Counted from the first letter of the whole stretch, positions 25,707 to 38,778 are shown. The stretch: 62,737 bases of DNA, filler included, from Sphacelaria rigidula (GCA_964200075.2; 10 parts of 10 records of this genome joined end to end with filler, not necessarily neighbours in it); one strand, 5' to 3'. The notes: a model not told the origin generated them from the letters alone. Made by a program: numbers and translations.

Positions 25707-26103
25707 CTGTGTTTACTCCACTTTCCCGGCCCGTCTCTCTGGGACCAAGGCCTCAATAATACAATGCATCGTTTTCTCCAGAAGTCACGAGTTTATCAAC
25801 ATAGTAGTCATCGAGACCCTTTCCTCCTTATACCATAACAAAGAACAACACATGCCTGCACAAGGATAACCCATTGCACAGCAAACTGACAACCGCCATT
25901 GATTTCACTGCCATAACAGCAAGCAAGCACCACGAACAGAACTGGTCCGCTCGTGACAAACTCTTGTGACACCCTCACATCAATACGTTTATGTGCGCGC
26001 GGACAGTAGCTCAGGCTTATGCTATATCATGTGTCCGTAACAGTCACCACAAATGATCGTATTCCTCCCATCGGGAGGATTGTAGTTCGCTTCACGTATC
26101 ACC

Positions 26104-26522
26104 CGAAGATAGGAGATTATTTTCGAGAGGTGGAACACCAAAATGAAGATCAAAATCAGAACATTACTTTCCCTGACCTAAAGTAATGACAAATGAGTTC
26201 CATATGGACAACCTCATGTCCCCCGACCTCCCTGAAACTATACTGGGGGTTTTGTCTTCTTCTACTCCCTCGAAGTGTATGTTGTGCGAAAAAACATTTT
26301 GCGTCGATTTTGGGGTGAAAATGGGACGCTTTCAGCCCGAAAACGGCGCTTTCGCACATATCCTTCGGAGAAACGGAAGACCGGAAACCCCTCAGAATAA
26401 TTTCAGGAAGGTCAGGGGGCATGGGGTCGTTCATATGAAAGTCATTTGTCATTACTTCAGGTCGGGGAAAACATTGATGTTTTGGAGCCGAACCTCATTA
26501 TTAATTTTCAACCTATCTTCGA
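26104..26522. mobile_element. Palindromic MITE; related partial copy at ~35520-35825
   Basis: Arms CCCTGACCTAAAGTAATGACAAATGA...CATATG and CATATGAAAGTCATTTGTCATTACTTCAGGTCGGGG are inverted. The same arm recurs at 35735-35772. Confidence 0.75.
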
Positions 26523-26722
26523 GAGTGGTTTGAGATGAGACGCAAACTTTTAGGTGTCATCACGTACGTGTCGTGATCTCGTACATTGGCTGCCTGTACA
26601 CAAAAACGTCCCGCTGATACAAAAAAATTCCGTCATACTGTATACTGTACGTATTCGAATCTTACACCTCGTCAGCCCCCAACCCGAACGATAAACAGCG
26701 TAGATGAAAATATATCACTTAT

Positions 26723-27160
26723 CACGGGATCTTACAAATTGGGGACGGATCCTTCTTGGGGGATGAGAAACCCGGAGGATTAGAATATTTGTATCCTCAC
26801 CAAATATTCGAAATATGGTTCCATTTCTTCACCTATTGATAGCTACTACCAACTGCTATACGCCGTAGACATTTGGATTTTGATCACCGAAATGTTGGGA
26901 TCCTAGGTGAAAAAACAGATTTGTGGAATTCCGGGTGTCCGAGACGACGCCCAAATGGTTCCGATTTTGTTTCTCACCTAGGACCCAACATCTCGGTGAT
27001 TGAAATCCACATTTCTATGGCGTAGAGCAGTTGGCAATAGCTATCAGCAGGTGAAGAACTGGAACCATATTTCGAATATTTGGTGCGGATACGAAAGTTT
27101 TAGTCCTCCGGGTTTCTCATCCATAATATATGATCCATCCCCAATTTGTAAGATCCCGTG
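26723..27160. mobile_element. Foldback MITE, CACGGGAT family, copy 2
   Basis: Perfect TIR CACGGGATCTTACAAATTGGGGA / TCCCCAATTTGTAAGATCCCGTG. A third fragment lies at ~56418-56454. Confidence 0.9.
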
Positions 27161-29744
27161 ATAATTGGTTTCATTGCTTCAATAGCTCAGCCCGATTCCT
27201 TGGACCTGTTCCTTGTTCCATACCCGACTTGAGAAAGTTTAGTCTGAGTCTTTCAGCAGCGAGCTAGATTCCTCGACGGCGGCCGAGGTGGTGCATGTCA
27301 AGAGACGAAATGGACATAACCGACCACCAACATGTTCGTTGCGCGAGTGCACGCACGGCGGCTGGATTGCGTCGCCACCACACCATATGATTAAAGAATG
27401 TCTGCATGATGACTCCATGGAGCACCACCATAAAGTATTACGGCCATTTTCACCTTCAAGACAACACGTAGCTGTCTTCGATGTCTTTTGAAGCTCGCCG
27501 CTCCGTCGGGATTACGATTTTCCTCTTTGGGGTTTATTCGGGCGACGTGCAAACAAGACTTAGAAACACCCCCATTTCGTCGAGAGTCGAACCCACGCGG
27601 CATCCGCTCCGGACGAGCTAGTTGGTGTTGATGGACCCATGCGGCAAACGGACCGATGGTTGCCTATGTTACATCATCCCAGGAGATCCTGAAAAATGGG
27701 AACGATATTTTTCATGGAGACAAACTGAGGACAAGATTATATGTAAGGTTGCAACCGGTACCCGTCGAACGCACCTTTGCGCGAGTGAAAGTTACGTCTG
27801 ACAGGTACCAGTTGCAATACCAGATGTAATTTCGACCTCTTTTCGTTCCCAAATCAAAACCCGTTCCCAGTTTTAAGAATCTCCCGTTAGAGCAGCAAAA
27901 CAGTCAACAGGCGGGAGCACACTTGGCATTATTTTTCTCTCTCATGGCTTCAACTCTGCTCCTTCGTTGGGATGGCAACTCCGTAGTTTCAAGGGGTCGA
28001 CTCATCTCTCCCGGGGTACCTGCCTGACATCTTATTTCTATCGGGGGTTGGATCGACATTCTCGCACCCCGTGAACGATCGTGAACTTTTTGTTCACTTC
28101 TAGTGTCCTCGCGTTTTAAACGACAGAGTCGCTCCAAGCGCCTGCCAGGATTCGAACCCGTAATACGGGTGCACATACCCCGTGAATCACGCCTGAAGAG
28201 GACTCGTCTGGTTGGTTTCGGATAGAGCGCAGCGGCACAATCGCCGGGCTATTCGCACCCCATCGCGTTTGCTGCTCGAGTGAGGAGTGTTTGGCCACCC
28301 ACTACAATATCGTTACCTGCAGAAAAAAACTGGAACAACTCTCCCACAACGGCACACTACAAAACCCTGGGCGTTCCATGGGACACTCGAGAGAAATGAA
28401 CACCAATCCACCAATCAACAAATGATGAAAACCCCTTAAACTGAGATAACGTCCCCAGAGTTCACCCACCATCCACAGAGCATTCCACGAAGACGAGTTG
28501 ATTATAATCGTATAGGCTCCTCTCCTCTACTTCATTCGGATTCTCCACTCTCCTTCAGCGAGTGTTTTCACGTCTTGTTTCCATCTCGGGTACGCCCATC
28601 ATCTGGACAGTGACCACGGCTGGATCCCTCGGGATCAGGTGATAAAATAATGCTCTACCTGTAATGTGCGACAATCAACCGAATCAGTCAGGCGCTCCAA
28701 GCACTCACCTACTCCTCGAGTACGAGATTCAGATGAAAACAAACGTGAAACGCATCACGGAAAAACATCATGAATCCCAGGCGTCATATTAGTGTACTGT
28801 ATATAGGCCTCAAGTAGGACGGTGTGTGCAGCAACTCTGCTCTTTCTACACAGCGCACACATACACACGTGGCATATGAAAGAGGGGGCAACGTTTTTCC
28901 CAACGAGTCGCACAACTCGGAATCAAGGAAAATCTTCGGGGGCAACTAATCTGGTCAATAATCTGCTGACACCAACCCGGCAGGGAGCAGCCCGCGGTAT
29001 ATACAGGCACGTACACTTGACTCACCCCCCACTCCAAGCATTCGTTCTGTCGCATCACCTACTAGAACACCAACGACTTGCACCAACGACACTCCAGAAT
29101 CAACTAATCGACATTTCTCGGAGGACTCAGTCTCTTCCCCATGTACTGTACACTCATGTGTGTGTTCACATACAGCATCACTGGTGCAAAATAAATACCG
29201 TACGCCCTTTTTTTTCCTTCGAGTTCAAACACTCATTCCATCCCCCTCAGATATTGACAAAAGAACACCCCTCTGTCCCCCCCCCTTCCCGGACCGTACA
29301 ACGCCGTGTTCAGTTCATTTCTTGTCCCCCCCTCCCCCGCGATCTCGCTTTTTCTAGGCAGCAGCGGGCGATACTAGTACACAACAGCACTTCACACACT
29401 TGTTTTATCACCTTTTGATGATCAAGTGGTGTAAATGGTCTTCTCACCCCCCTGTCACCGACTGGTTCATGCCATAAATACGCTGCCAGGATAGAGCTCT
29501 GCCGCAGCCCTTCTCCCACAGCACAACCGACCACGACACAGCATCGTCTCGAGTGCTGTGACGTATAGAGACTGACAAAATTATCTGCAGAGCAGAAACA
29601 ACTGCCAGAGGGGAAAAAATCCTTCTATTTCGCTCGCACTGCTTTTGACGTGAAAACAGCGAGACTTGACCTACCGATACTTTCCCCCCAGTGAAAAGCT
29701 AGTCAGGTCCCCATCGGATTTGTCTTCGTCTTCAGAATGTATGA

Positions 29745-29946
29745 ATAATAGAGTTTCGGAAAACGTCTCCTCGTCATTTCAGAGTGCAAATATCTCAGGA
29801 TCAGAGTGCGGAATAAAAAAAACATCTCAACTAAAAAAAATCAAGGGGATACCGCATTTGACGGAGGGAAAATAATTTTCTGTTACGCTCTGATCCTGAG
29901 ATATTTGCACTTTGAAATGACAAAAAAGGGTTTCCCAAAACTCTCT
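29745..29946. mobile_element. Small foldback MITE
   Basis: GTCATTTCAGAGTGCAAATATCTCAGGATCAGAG (29773-29806) is the near-perfect inverse of 29888-29921. Confidence 0.75.
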
Positions 29947-30792
29947 AATCGCATTTTGTGCGAGTCATGTTTCGAGCCTCGGTTGATGTGACACGGTCGA
30001 AGCCATACAAAACGACGTATGACACCCAAGGAAAGGTCTCTCTTCTCACCCCTCACTTGGAGTCCCGTGGCTAAGCGTTCGAATCTGAGCTCTGACTCAA
30101 AAACTCATAGACCCAGAGATACAAGAACAGCACTGTAAACAAAACGAAAAACCAGAGGGAGAAACGCGTCGCTGTTAAGCTTCTCATCGCACGCTCGCCA
30201 TACGTTCTTTCTACTATGCACGTTTTCTTCATTTCAGGATGGAACGCGTTATTTTCATGCGCGTTGCTTTGATTCAAGTATGGAACGGATACACAACACT
30301 CCACGTAGGGTTCAAGGCAAATTCAGGAGGAAAAGGCGCAATCACACCAAGAGGTGAAACAAGAGCAGCAACTAGAGGCCGCCAGCCAACACCACGCACA
30401 CACCACGCCCACACCACGCCACCCCACAACGCGCTCTATACCTCCCAGAAACCCACCTAAGGCGGGCGGACCACTGAAGGTGACGACCCAAACACCTCCC
30501 CCACGCACTCCCGGCCACGTGTTTCGAAATAACCCTCGTGACCCCGCAACATGCTGCACAGCACTGGATGTATCATTTCACCATCCTTAAATCCTGACAA
30601 AAACGGACGGCGAAATATGTGGATTTCGAGAACAACCACCGCGCTCGTTTTAAAAACATTACCTTTCCCCTGTACCCCTTGCGTAGTACCCCTCTCCCCT
30701 CCTAGAGTACCTCTCATCCACCCCCCGCCCACTACCTCACCCTGATAGCCTCGTTGTCTCCAACGAAAGGAGACTAAGGAGAGGGCGAGTAA

Positions 30793-31035
30793 TGTACCAC
30801 CGGTTGTCAAGCCGTAGCCTTGCTTCCCTCCACCTTCGCGGAAGTTCCGGTGGTCTGTGTTGCTTGTCCCATGTGCGCACGCACTAGTGCCGTGAGCTCT
30901 GAGACGTGCGAGTCCGGGTGGCCAGCCTAATTTTATATTTGAAATCGAGCATACAAGGAAGTGTTTGCTTATTCAACGACGAGAAACACTATTAAGAATG
31001 CAGCCAAGAATGATTCGCAATTTACTGTCCATAAA

Positions 31036-31076
<41 letters not shown>

Positions 31077-31211
31077 TGGTTTTTTGGTTATTCGTGGTAC
31101 CGGAGCGGTTTTCGAGTTCTTGACTGTTGCTCGCAGTGCACCAGTCTTCACTCGGTTGTCCCGGTGATAATGAAGTCTCGGGTCCCAACCCCGAGCTACA
31201 CTTGTGTGACA
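30793..31211 (+). mobile_element. Putative 3' LTR with internal (GT)n, preceded by a polypurine tract
   Basis: AAGGAGAGGGCGAGTAA|TGTACCAC...GTGTGACA. The PPT-TAA-TGT junction has the same style as the one at 34871. Confidence 0.55.
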
Positions 31212-31422
31212 ATACAGCGTACTCAAGAGGACTCAGGGGGGGGGGGGGGGGGCGTACTAATTTTTTTCTTGCCTTAGGTGTTTGAACATTAACCCCCCAC
31301 CCCTTTGGAGACGGAGCCCCNNNNNNNNNNNNNNNNNNNNNNNNNNNNNNNNNNNNNNNNNNNNTTAATTAATTAANNNNNNNNNNNNNNNNNNNNNNNN
31401 NNNNNNNNNNNNNNNNNNNNTA

Positions 31423-32226
31423 TATTTAGATTTTCCCACGGATGAACCTGGCTTGAAACCGAAAAATCGCGTCTCGATGCTACGATGCAAACCGTGCATC
31501 CCCCCTCATGACTCTTCTGACATGCCCCAACAGTTACCGGTAGGGCTTAGCCAGTATGTGTTGACCAAGTATGCGATCAAAACTCCGCCGTATCATATGA
31601 CGGTCGAGGATGCGGACGCACCCCTGGAACGCGTTGAGGTAGAAAGGATTTCGGGTCATCAACTGGTTCGTGGTCGTGGAGGTAAGATAGCGGTAATGTA
31701 TCAAACACATTGGAAGGGTATCATGCGTGTTACGTGGGAGCGTGAGGTTGATTTGCGTCATTTTCGTCGGGAAATATTGCTGTACTGGGTGGGGGATACC
31801 GCCCAACACCGCCCGCTGAATAAGAGATATCGGTCGATGCGCAAGGGAGCCGCCGCTCGAGAACTGGCACGTGAACACTCATCGCGGTTTGTTGTGACAG
31901 GATATAGCCTTCTTTCGCGTTCACAATACATGCAGTGTTTCCACGGGAAACGATTGCCAAAAGGGGCGTATTTTTGGTATAAGGCTTTGGATTCACTGTG
32001 GTGGTTGGGAAAAATTCATTTGGTCGACCCTGCATCTGACCACTCCTACTTTATCCGTTTCCTTGATGACCCGAGCCCCCTTAAGATTCGCTTGGATGAT
32101 GCGTACTACACCGAGGAGCCGACCGCTCGGAGGGGATCCTGGTGCCTCCAACGACACGACCAAGGCGAACTCGAAACAGCCGTTCTACGGAACACGGACA
32201 CCGCTTGGAATGCAGATGACTCATGA
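31423..32226 (+). CDS. pol: C-terminal end of Gypsy pol: integrase tail, chromodomain-like region and extra PWWP/Tudor-like domain
   Basis: RVSMLRCKP (integrase tail), then VEVERISGH...YQTHWKG...TWEREVDL (chromo pattern), then GAYFWYKALDSLWWLGKI...YFIRFLDD. PPT and LTR lie downstream. The integrase core is beyond the contig start. Confidence 0.75.
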   Translation, partial: YLDFPTDEPGLKPKNRVSMLRCKPCIPPHDSSDMPQQLPVGLSQYVLTKYAIKTPPYHMTVEDADAPLERVEVERISGHQLVRGRGGKIAVMYQTHWKGIMRVTWEREVDLRHFRREILLYWVGDTAQHRPLNKRYRSMRKGAAARELAREHSSRFVVTGYSLLSRSQYMQCFHGKRLPKGAYFWYKALDSLWWLGKIHLVDPASDHSYFIRFLDDPSPLKIRLDDAYYTEEPTARRGSWCLQRHDQGELETAVLRNTDTAWNADDS

Positions 32227-34881
32227 TGCCGCATCCGAGTCTGCTTCCCCATTCACCTTGCGTAGTGTACCGCGTTCGAGTCGCTTGTCTTGCATTGTAG
32301 CGTCGTTGGAAAACCATGTGTTCCCCCCCCTCCCCCACTTCATTTTTTTCGTACTGGTTAGCCCCGTACTTGTAGTGGTTGATGTTGTGTTTTGTAATTG
32401 GTATTTGGTCTTTTGTTTTAAATATATATTGTGTTGTGTTTTGTTTTTTGTTGCTTTGTCCTTGATTTTGTGTTCCTGTTTTCTTAGCCTTTGCGTCAAT
32501 TGTTCTGATTCGTCTTCTTCGTCTTTTTTTTTCTTAGTTTTTCTACTCTTCTTTTCTTCTCTTTTCGCCTCGTGCTATGTGTTCGATTTTTTGTGTTCAA
32601 TGGATACTTTTCTTGGGTACTTCTGGGTTCATCTGGTGAAGTACAAGTGACGACCGTTCCATTCCTGACCCCGAGTCTGGAACCTTAAACCTGCGTCCTC
32701 CACGCCGTACATTCACAACCATTCCGTCCACCGGAACAGCTGCCACGAGTTGATCATGTCTTCATTTGTTTTTCGTTATACGCACATGTTGTCTTGCTTT
32801 GTCATTACATGGTCTATATCTTTGATTTATTTTGTTTCGATGGAAGAGTTTCCGGAGCAAGCGCTAGCCATACCTGACGCCCACGTCTGGAATATTTGCG
32901 CTTTTGTTCAATCGCTCTGCACGCGAGTGCCGCCTCCCTCTCCGGGACCGGTCATGACGTGTCCTTTGTTTTGTGTCATATGTTGTCGGTATTTTTTTTT
33001 GCCTTTTCGGTCGAGAGTTTTAGGAGCGAGCGCTGCATATACCTGACCTCCCCGTCTGGAATAATTGCGCTCTTGCCCAACCGTTCTGTACACGCATACC
33101 GCTTCCCCCTGCAGGATCGGTAATAACGTGTCCCCTTTTTTATGCGTACCACGTCGAGTTTTATATTGATATGGGTTTGCCTGAAATGTTTTGACCTTCT
33201 TGGCTGAAACGTTTTTAGCCTGCTTGCTCTATAGACACGATAACCGCTCCCGTTTACAAGCGGTTGCCATGTGTTCTTTTTTCTGCCTTGTGTTGCGGAT
33301 TTTCGTTTTCGCTGTTGCCTAGCGTGCCGCTGGTTTTGAATTTATTTTGGTTTTGGTTTCTGCGTCCATGTCGGGAATTTCGCCACGAGTGTTCCAACGT
33401 TTCTGACCCTCGAGTCTAGACCATTTGGCCTACTTCTTTTTTGCGAGTCCTGCCGCATGTGACCGACCTCGTTTATAGGAGGGTCACGGGTGATGCGGCG
33501 CGATGATTTACACTTTGGTGATTGATGAGTTACAAGGAGGCCACCGCTGGCCGCGTCGTACATAGCGGTGTTGAAGAATTGTCATTGAAGTCGCGGTAAG
33601 ATCGGTTGCAAACGTCTCCTCATACAGGACCGTCACGTATCATGATGAGGTAGGTCGCTCTTTTGGAACTGTCCGTTCCGCCATGTCGATAGTCGACCGT
33701 TGGTACAGCCTACAGGCTCAGAGTCCGCCAATCGCTATTTTTTCTGTCACTTTTACCAGTTTTTGCGTACAATTACCCGCCCCTGAAATTGGTCGGTGGT
33801 GTTTTGTTTTTATCAGGGATTATTGGACGAAGTAACGTGACGGTACGACCGGCTGTGAGTTTTACTCCAGTTTGTGTTCGGGCCAGTCTCGTCTTAGTCC
33901 GAACGGGCAAATACTGTGAGGAGTGGGCTGCGTTGGTCCTCTCTGTCCTGTGTATTTGTCGTGGTTCAGATATGTGTTGGGTGATCCGCCTCGGGACTAC
34001 GCAGTAGGCCCGAAGGTTGTGTATTGTCCACCACGTTTCTTTTGACGTGTACGGACACCTGACCTCACAAACCGGTCAGTTGTTTTCGTATCGTCGTGTG
34101 AGAAGAAAAAAAAATGCTGTACGGCTAGATCATCAACCAGACGTCCCCGGCAAGTCGTTGTTCTCACAAACAGGTATCGACAATTAACTCACGTCAAACG
34201 AGTTGATTTGTCCGTATCATTCTTTTTTTTTTATTCTATCAACGTATGGTTTTCGTGGGAAACTACCATTTCCGCGACGAACTCGGCTGTACGTTGTTTG
34301 CTCTCACTGATTGACTGGGACGAGTGATTAGCATGAACTTGGTTATCGAAGTGATAAAATGCCTTGGCGGGCTTGCTCGTTTATCTACCAATGATCTAAA
34401 ACAATTCGGACATTCGGAAAAGGGCGAATTATTTATTCATGATATAGTTATGGCAGGGTAGGATAATCATTTCAATGGTTGGTCTCTGATTTCCTGTCTA
34501 TCCCGGAAATGCGCACGACATTCTGGAGCCACTGCATTTTTTGGTATATGGTTTGATTGTTGTTTTTGGGTCATATTTTTTATTTTTTATTATTATTTTA
34601 TTTTATATTTTTCTTTCCCATGAACCCGTCTGAAAAAATCACGGAACATGAGGACACCGAATCATTGTATCGGTTCGATTTTTCTTTTCTCTTTGCTTTG
34701 TGCTTGTGTTGGTTGATTTCTGATTTTTTTGTGTTGATCGCCCCTTCCTGTCCCCCGTATCAAAGAGGACTTGATCTTCAAATGGAGTATCAGTTTTTCT
34801 GTGGTGTGGGAGAGGTGTGGCTCGATGCCAGTTCGTCCCTTCCGAAGAGGAACTGCACTTGAACGATCCAGGGTGGGGTAA

Positions 34882-35484
34882 TGTGATGGTAAATGACTAA
34901 GTGCCTGAATTGAAACTGGTTCCTTGTCTATATGCAGATGGTCCCTAGAAACGACCAGCGGGCATGGAAAGATTCTAGTCGAATGTGTATTTGTATGAGG
35001 CAGGAGTTGGATCCTTGTATTGTTGACACAGCGGCTTGAAGGTAGATACCGGATTGTACCCGATTAGCCGCGTGTACCTGCTGCTACTACAGCTTTGATT
35101 GGCATAAGGTACAGTGCGCCACGCTGAGGGGTATTTATATGACAGGATTGTATGCGTAGCCAGGCGTTTTTGAGGGCAATCGTGTGCCGCATAGCCTACG
35201 ATGCTCACTTGCAACCCACCGCCAGAAACAGCTACCGTAGAACTAATCCCAAGAAGGACCATCAGCCTTTCATCTGCTCTGCGCGACGTCTCATCTTCCT
35301 GGCTGGCAAGCCGTTCTCAATAAGTGAGTAACGTATCTCAATCCCTTGGTGTCAATTAGTGTTTCCTTTTCGAAAGAGCTCGGTGCTTACTTTCAATAAC
35401 AGCTGTCAGCTGTTGACGAGTGCCTTGTGCGAGAGACACCTACAGTTTGAGTTAACGAGCCGAAAACAGAACCAGTGCGTCACA
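34882..35484 (+). mobile_element. 3' LTR of the Gypsy element (PPT 34870-34881)
   Basis: AGGGTGGGGTAA|TGTGA...TCACA, with TG...CA and 5-bp inverted termini. Confidence 0.7.
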
Positions 35485-36931
35485 TACTCACCCATCTTGG
35501 ATTGTGGCTTGCTCTGCTAACGAATACTTCGACACCTCCTTATAATTATTTCGGAGGATTTCTAGTCTTTCGTGCCACCAAAGGGTGTGTGCGATAGCAC
35601 GATTTTGGGGCCAAAAAGCGTCCCTTACCCCGAGATCGAGGCAAAAGTGTGCTTTCGCACATACCCTTTGGGAGAACGGAAGGCTAGAAATCCCCTGGAG
35701 CAGTTTCAGGGGACTCGGGAGGGATGAGGTCGTCAATATGAAAGCCATTTGTCATTAATTAAGGTCAGGGAAAGCACGGCTTTCGAGTTGAACCCCATTT
35801 TCCCCCTTGAACCCCATTTTCGAGAATGCACTGATTATGTATATATACTATATTAATCAGAAATTACTTGATATGGCGTTGAATTAACGAGAATAAACTG
35901 GCTTAGACTCTTGAGCAGATGGACATCGTTTCTTCGATGAGACGACTGACGACATATGAGGATCGCGGCCCAATTCCATGAGATATTGATGTGCGAGCTC
36001 AAATCCGGTTCTCGGCTGGACCAGCTCCTAGCCCTTTGAAGTGTCTCACGCAAAAAAGTATGCGAGGAGATGAAAACAAAAAACAAGTACGAATATCGCT
36101 AAACTGAGATGTGCACAATACGTGAGGAGAACTAATCCCAATCATTCTTCAATGGTTGCAGAAAAATGTGCATCCCGTGCCCTACATTTCACTTAACCCG
36201 CAAAACTGCGTTCTGTTTCACCACAAACTGGAGTGGACGCACGGTAACACTCCCTCGAATTTTTTATTTTCATATGTCCGGGGTTCCTTGAATGCATATT
36301 CATGTTCGTGGAACACTTGGAAGCGCTAGCACCGTTTCCTTGGGGGAATGGAATAGGTGATTGAAAGATGTTCCTCAAGTTGATGTTTCGGCGATACGGA
36401 ATAAACATGTCGTCTGTCAGGAGGGTACTATCGGCCGTGACTGGACCAAAAAACACAGGTTTTACTTCACACACAAATAAGGTAGAACATGAAAAGATAG
36501 TTTGTTTCAAGTGTCCACAAAATCGATTGGGTTTATGTTGAACCCGTCAGAAAACACCGTGCAGTCGGAGTCTGTATCTGTGTAGGCGCAGGGCCCTCGA
36601 ATACTGATCAGCCCGTCACCCGCTAGGCATCGGTTCCAAGAACGATTTTTTATGAAGGGCGCAGCGGGTGCGACCATATTCCTGTCGGAGAAATATTTGG
36701 GGATCAAACGTTCACCGTGACGCGTTAAGAACGAAAAAAAAGCTAAAACAAATCGCCATCTGCGAAGTGAACACCAACATCGACTGACAGACGTTACTGA
36801 ACTACCCTCATCCCGTGACGACATGAAGTTCTCACGAGGATGCTGACACCAACTGTCGACGTTGATCATTAATTGAGCGGCGCGTCGTCTGCGGTGCTGC
36901 TGCATTGGGGCTCCGGGTATTGGTTGCTCAT

Positions 36932-37540
36932 CTCGGCCTTCTTTCCCCCCAAAGGACATACTTTTTTCAGCTTTTCAAGATAAATCATCTCGATGAACTC
37001 CCACTTCCCCAGAAAGCCGTGAAAAGTTGTGGACAAGCCCGTCCACCGGTGGGGCGCAGCCTGTCGCAGCTTCGACTTCGTGACTCCTCCGGCAGCTTTG
37101 ATTTTCTCCTCCAGGGCTGCCTGATGAGCGAATGATGCAATTGTTGTTGCATCAGACTCGATATTATAATCACCCGAAAGAGGGTCCAGGAACCGGCATA
37201 TATATCTTGTCAGTGGACGGAAAATGTAGACGACGGACCCGCGGGCACCTACTGTTGCCTCTGCATACGGCCAGCATCGGACGTGGTTATACAAATAGGC
37301 ACATACATGTGTCATAACCCATGGGCTCACCTTTGATGTGTCCGACTTGTTGGAGTGCTCAATGACACTCTTCACTGCCTCGATCAAAGCCCGGCCCTGC
37401 AGGGTTTTCGAGTTCTTCTTCGATAGAGCCGATCATGTCCCATCTTTCGTCACCCGGTTCGAAAGATGAGGAATGCACCACTCCCATGGTACTTTCTTCG
37501 CCGCCCCACTTTCCACGTCTGTGCCAGCATCTGTGACGGC
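36932..37540 (-). pseudogene. Intron-containing hAT transposase fragment (exons 37540-37331 and 37120-36932)
   Basis: Exon A reads AVTDAG...WEWCIPHLSN... (catalytic D and CxxH motif) with one in-frame TGA and donor AAG|GTGAGC. Exon B after CAG| reads AALEEK...KLRQAAPHRWTGLSTTF (hAT RW motif). Its donor appears mutated to ATGAGC. Confidence 0.8.
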
Positions 37541-37792
37541 CTGTAGCCAAAATACACCAAGGCGTAGTAAATGTAGCATGTAGGATCCTGGATGATGACC
37601 AGGGNNNNNNNNNNNNNNNNNNNNNNNNNNNNNNNNNNNNNNNNNNNNTTAATTAATTAANNNNNNNNNNNNNNNNNNNNNNNNNNNNNNNNNNNNNNNN
37701 NNNNCATTTCAAAATACGTTCTCATTTTTCTGGCAACCCTGTTACTTGCTGAACCTGTGTGCAGCAGGAGTTTGGAGGCTCCTACTACTGTG

Positions 37793-38744
37793 TGGTGCGG
37801 CGACGAAGCAAGGTCCGCTGGCCTGCGAAAGGTTCGGAGGTAGCCGGCTGCAGCTCTGGCGACCGGCTTGCGTAGTGCGTCCAGCGTGGCGCCCGTGGTT
37901 ATGCAGGAAGAGGTGCGACCTCCCCAATACAGGGAAAGGTACCCCGAGAGGGCATATCGCACTTTCTATACCAAGTACGTGGAGTACAGAAAGCGTGTGG
38001 AGCACGCTAACGCAGGGGGTGCAGTGCGACACAAGGCATAGTGTCGATGGCTTAACAGGTGCCGACGCATTTGCGAAGAGTGTTTGCGCGTGTGGAATAT
38101 GATGGGAGCACAATAACCCCGCCGCAATTGGTTGCGGCGATCAAAAAGCATGCTGGGCATGCGGCGGGCGCCGAAGTGGAGTTGACCGAAGCATCCGCGG
38201 GGGAAGACGATGCTAGGACGGGTGGAGCCAATCCTGTTCAATCTGGAGAAAACACTTCTCAGACAATCCGAACGTGGAACTAGTATATCGTTCCCCCGAT
38301 GGTGAATTTATTCCCGGTCCGGCTGCCGTAATCACCAAGGCTTTGGTGGAGGGGTTAACGCCGCAAAAATTCAAGCAAGTCGTGCTTGTTAAGTTGAAGC
38401 ACGAGACAGACTGGAAGGCCGACCCTTACCTGGTGATGGACACCGTCGTGGCCGAGGCCAAGAAGTGGCGGAAGATAGAGGTGTTCGACCAGTCGTCCAC
38501 GTCCACGCCGAAGTATTTGCGCCACCACGGCTCAAGATCGGCCGGCCGCGCCGCGACCATCACCTGCCACTGCTGTGGCCAGGTCGGCCATTAGGCACGC
38601 CACTGCCCAACGTTTTCCGGTGGAGAGTCTGGGCAGTCTCATGCCGCGCGCCATCCGCATCGACGGCACAAGGGCAAAGGACGAGGTGATCGAGGTGGTG
38701 GCGGCGGCGGATCCTTCGGCGGTGGAGGGTCGCAGTCGACTTCT

Positions 38745-38778
<34 letters not shown>

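Noticed and set aside
29030..29180. Minus-strand VQVVGVLVGD resembling a non-LTR RT motif
   Set aside because: Too short and degraded, and no neighbouring RT motifs were found.
32063..32650. Hydrophobic Phe/Cys/Leu-rich ORF suggesting an env-like membrane protein
   Set aside because: Hydrophobicity is explained by the T-rich low-complexity tract after the pol stop.
36193..36510. ETERSF resembling the hAT dimerisation ER.FS motif
   Set aside because: The surrounding residues do not fit the domain and I could not build a splice path from the transposase exons.
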